Below, one piece after another: positions 47,754 through 50,371 of a DNA stretch of 50,371 nt. This DNA is from Octopus bimaculoides (taxonomy: Eukaryota), in the NCBI RefSeq assembly GCF_001194135.2, contig NC_068987.1:56019874-56070244 (forward strand). Direction: 5' to 3'. Position 1 is the first letter of the stretch; every line of letters starts with the position of its first letter. A program made the translations under genes and the position numbers. The notes under the pieces are model-generated. The model saw only the letters and a program-made list of their open reading frames with translations. It was not told where the DNA came from and did no database searches.

Positions 47754-49361
47754 NNNNNNNNNNNNNNNNNNNNNNNNNNNNNNNNNNNNNNNNNNNNNNN
47801 NNNNNNNNNNNNNNNNNNNNNNNNNNNNNNNNNNNNNNNNNNNNNNNNNNNNNNNNNNNNNNNNNNNNNNNNNNNNNNNNNNNNNNNNNNNNNNNNNNNN
47901 NNNNNNNNNNNNNNNNNNNNNNNNNNNNNNNNNNNNNNNNNNNNNNNNNNNNNNNNNNNNNNNNNNNNNNNNNNNNNNNNNNNNNNNNNNNNNNNNNNNN
48001 NNNNNNNNNNNNNNNNNNNNNNNNNNNNNNNNNNNNNNNNNNNNNNNNNNNNNNNNNNNNNNNNNNNNNNNNNNNNNNNNNNNNNNNNNNNNNNNNNNNN
48101 NNNNNNNNNNNNNNNNNNNNNNNNNNNNNNNNNNNNNNNNNNNNNNNNNNNNNNNNNNNNNNNNNNNNNNNNNNNNNNNNNNNNNNNNNNNNNNNNNNNN
48201 NNNNNNNNNNNNNNNNNNNNNNNNNNNNNNNNNNNNNNNNNNNNNNNNNNNNNNNNNNNNNNNNNNNNNNNNNNNNNNNNNNNNNNNNNNNNNNNNNNNN
48301 NNNNNNNNNNNNNNNNNNNNNNNNNNNNNNNNNNNNNNNNNNNNNNNNNNNNNNNNNNNNNNNNNNNNNNNNNNNNNNNNNNNNNNNNNNNNNNNNNNNN
48401 NNNNNNNNNNNNNNNNNNNNNNNNNNNNNNNNNNNNNNNNNNNNNNNNNNNNNNNNNNNNNNNNNNNNNNNNNNNNNNNNNNNNNNNNNNNNNNNNNNNN
48501 NNNNNNNNNNNNNNNNNNNNNNNNNNNNNNNNNNNNNNNNNNNNNNNNNNNNNNNNNNNNNNNNNNNNNNNNNNNNNNNNNNNNNNNNNNNNNNNNNNNN
48601 NNNNNNNNNNNNNNNNNNNNNNNNNNNNNNNNNNNNNNNNNNNNNNNNNNNNNNNNNNNNNNNNNTTTTTTTTGGGGGGGGGGGGTCGTGTCAGAGTAAC
48701 CAGTAAGCATATAGAGGCACGGGTCCGCAGCTAGCTTTTTATTGTTGACGTGTATGTAGTTTCAAAATGCCATATTTTACAACAATGTATTGTAATTGTT
48801 ATGATTTTATCTTACTATAATCAACAACAAACACATTTCATCAATATAAAAGTTTTTATTGGATTAAAAATAACATATCAAGACATGAAGGTAAAGCAAA
48901 ACATATATGCTTTTTCTTCCAGGCTCCAATGTACTGTAGCCGTAGTTTTCACTTTGTTCACCAACCGACCTTTCATCTGAAAAAAGTCAGTGGAATCAGT
49001 CAAGCTCCATACACAAATTATTTTCCTCCTGAAACTTATAAAGTAAACATATTAGGTACATTTTCCTATAAACCGCACTCTAAATTTTCCAGGTAAAAAA
49101 TAGCGACTTATACACCGGAAAATGCGGTAATTGTAGTGGGAGTGACAAGTTCGCTCGCTGGTTGCTAGTTGATAGTGTAGAAGTGGCTCTCTCCCAGTAA
49201 GGAGGGAAAGAGTAAGGAATTTAGAGCGCTGACTAGAAAGGAAGTAAGGATAAAGGTGGTATCGTCTTCGCTCGACATACAAATAGAACAGAGTGGTGAG
49301 ACATTTAGTAGAGATGACGCTTGCACGCGCACACACATACACACGTAGATAGGCATATTTA

Positions 49362-49528
49362 TACGGTGGGTTCCTTTCAGTCTCCGTATACCAAATCCAC
49401 TCACAAGGCTTTGGTTGGCCCGAGTCTGTAGTAGAAGACACTTACCCAAAGTGCAACGCAGTGGAACTGAACTAGGAACCATGTGGTTGTGAAGCAAACT
49501 TCTTACCACACAGACACGCCTGTGCTTA
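49362..49528 (-). mobile_element. SINE family AB, 5' module only
   Basis: CAGTCTCCGTATACCAAATCCACTCACAAGGCTTTGG..GGAACTGAAC..CTTACCACACAG; no recognisable 3' module beyond the short CA/TA tract. Confidence 0.85.
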
Positions 49529-50325
49529 TAGTAATTTTCAGAAGTTCAGATGTTTTAACTTATGCATTTTAGCAATTGTTTTCTTATTTTTCAAGCGAAT
49601 ATATAAGTCAAGACGAATTGTGGGAACCAAAGCAGTGAGCAGTTACTGCTATGGTGCAGGACAATGTTTTCTATAATGTCTTCTGCTGTAGCTTTAGTAT
49701 CAACGATTTTCCAGCATCCATCTGCATAGTTTACAACATATACACAGAGGTTGATTGCTTATCTGTTTCGCCAGCTTGTGTTTATTCCTTGCTTAAATAT
49801 TCAGTTGTCTCTAGCAATAGTATTGTCAATGTGAGTAATGCTTTTTTTTATTTTCAAAGATGTGTTATTTTCATACACGTAGTAACTGTGGATACAGATA
49901 TATCTTTTCTACAATGCTTAAGTTTTTAAGTAATGTTTACTTTTGAAACTCATACAATTTTGGTGCAATTGTATTTCTACTTCTTTTTGCACTCAAACTC
50001 CCAAACAGGAACATTACTGTTGTTGTTGCTTAGCCCCACCTCAGTATTCTATCTGTAATCATCTCTTTTTCACAAATACGATATAGCTGGAACTACATTT
50101 TCCGTGGAGCCTTTCTTTTTATATACAGCATGGTGTAATATAATAGATTTGGGTGCTATTTTAAATAAACCAATCGAATGCGTAGAGGTTCTTTCGTTGC
50201 TTCGTTATGCTTACGGTACGTATGTTTCCAAGTTGTCACATGATGCTTTCAATGTGATGTGGTTGTAAAGGAAAAACTGTTGTTACTTGCGGTTTGTGTT
50301 TGTTGCCTACATTGAACTATACACA

Positions 50326-50371
<46 letters not shown>

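Noticed and set aside
48840-48990. Minus-strand acceptor TTTTTTCAG followed by DERSVGEQSENYGYSTLEPG (YxxL-like)
   Set aside because: No donor, no recognisable family, short frame; cannot be distinguished from chance.

Overview
AT-rich, microsatellite-dense animal genomic DNA with many N gaps, most of them bordered by simple repeats. The SINE families and repeat style match an octopus (cephalopod) genome; this is inferred from memory of those families, not from a search. I could not recognise any intact host protein-coding gene, rRNA, true tRNA or CRISPR. Almost all long ORF-track entries are microsatellite or N-gap artefacts. The window is a transposon graveyard, intronic or intergenic. It holds at least three tRNA-headed SINE types with shared modules, three copies of a hAT/Charlie-type MITE, a non-autonomous Helitron with both ends and a HINE-like element. 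It also holds decayed Tc1/mariner pieces, a near full-length decayed hAT transposase, and fragments of RTE, CRE-like, R4/Dong-like, Penelope-like and probable L1/Tx1 ORF1 retroelements. The most interesting signals are an R4/Dong-like endonuclease end sitting inside a (TATG)n array, a ladder of SINEs inserted serially at one site, a MITE interrupted near the same spot by unrelated elements, and a SINE with a built-in microsatellite slot. A few candidate splice-site pairs are flagged but unproven.
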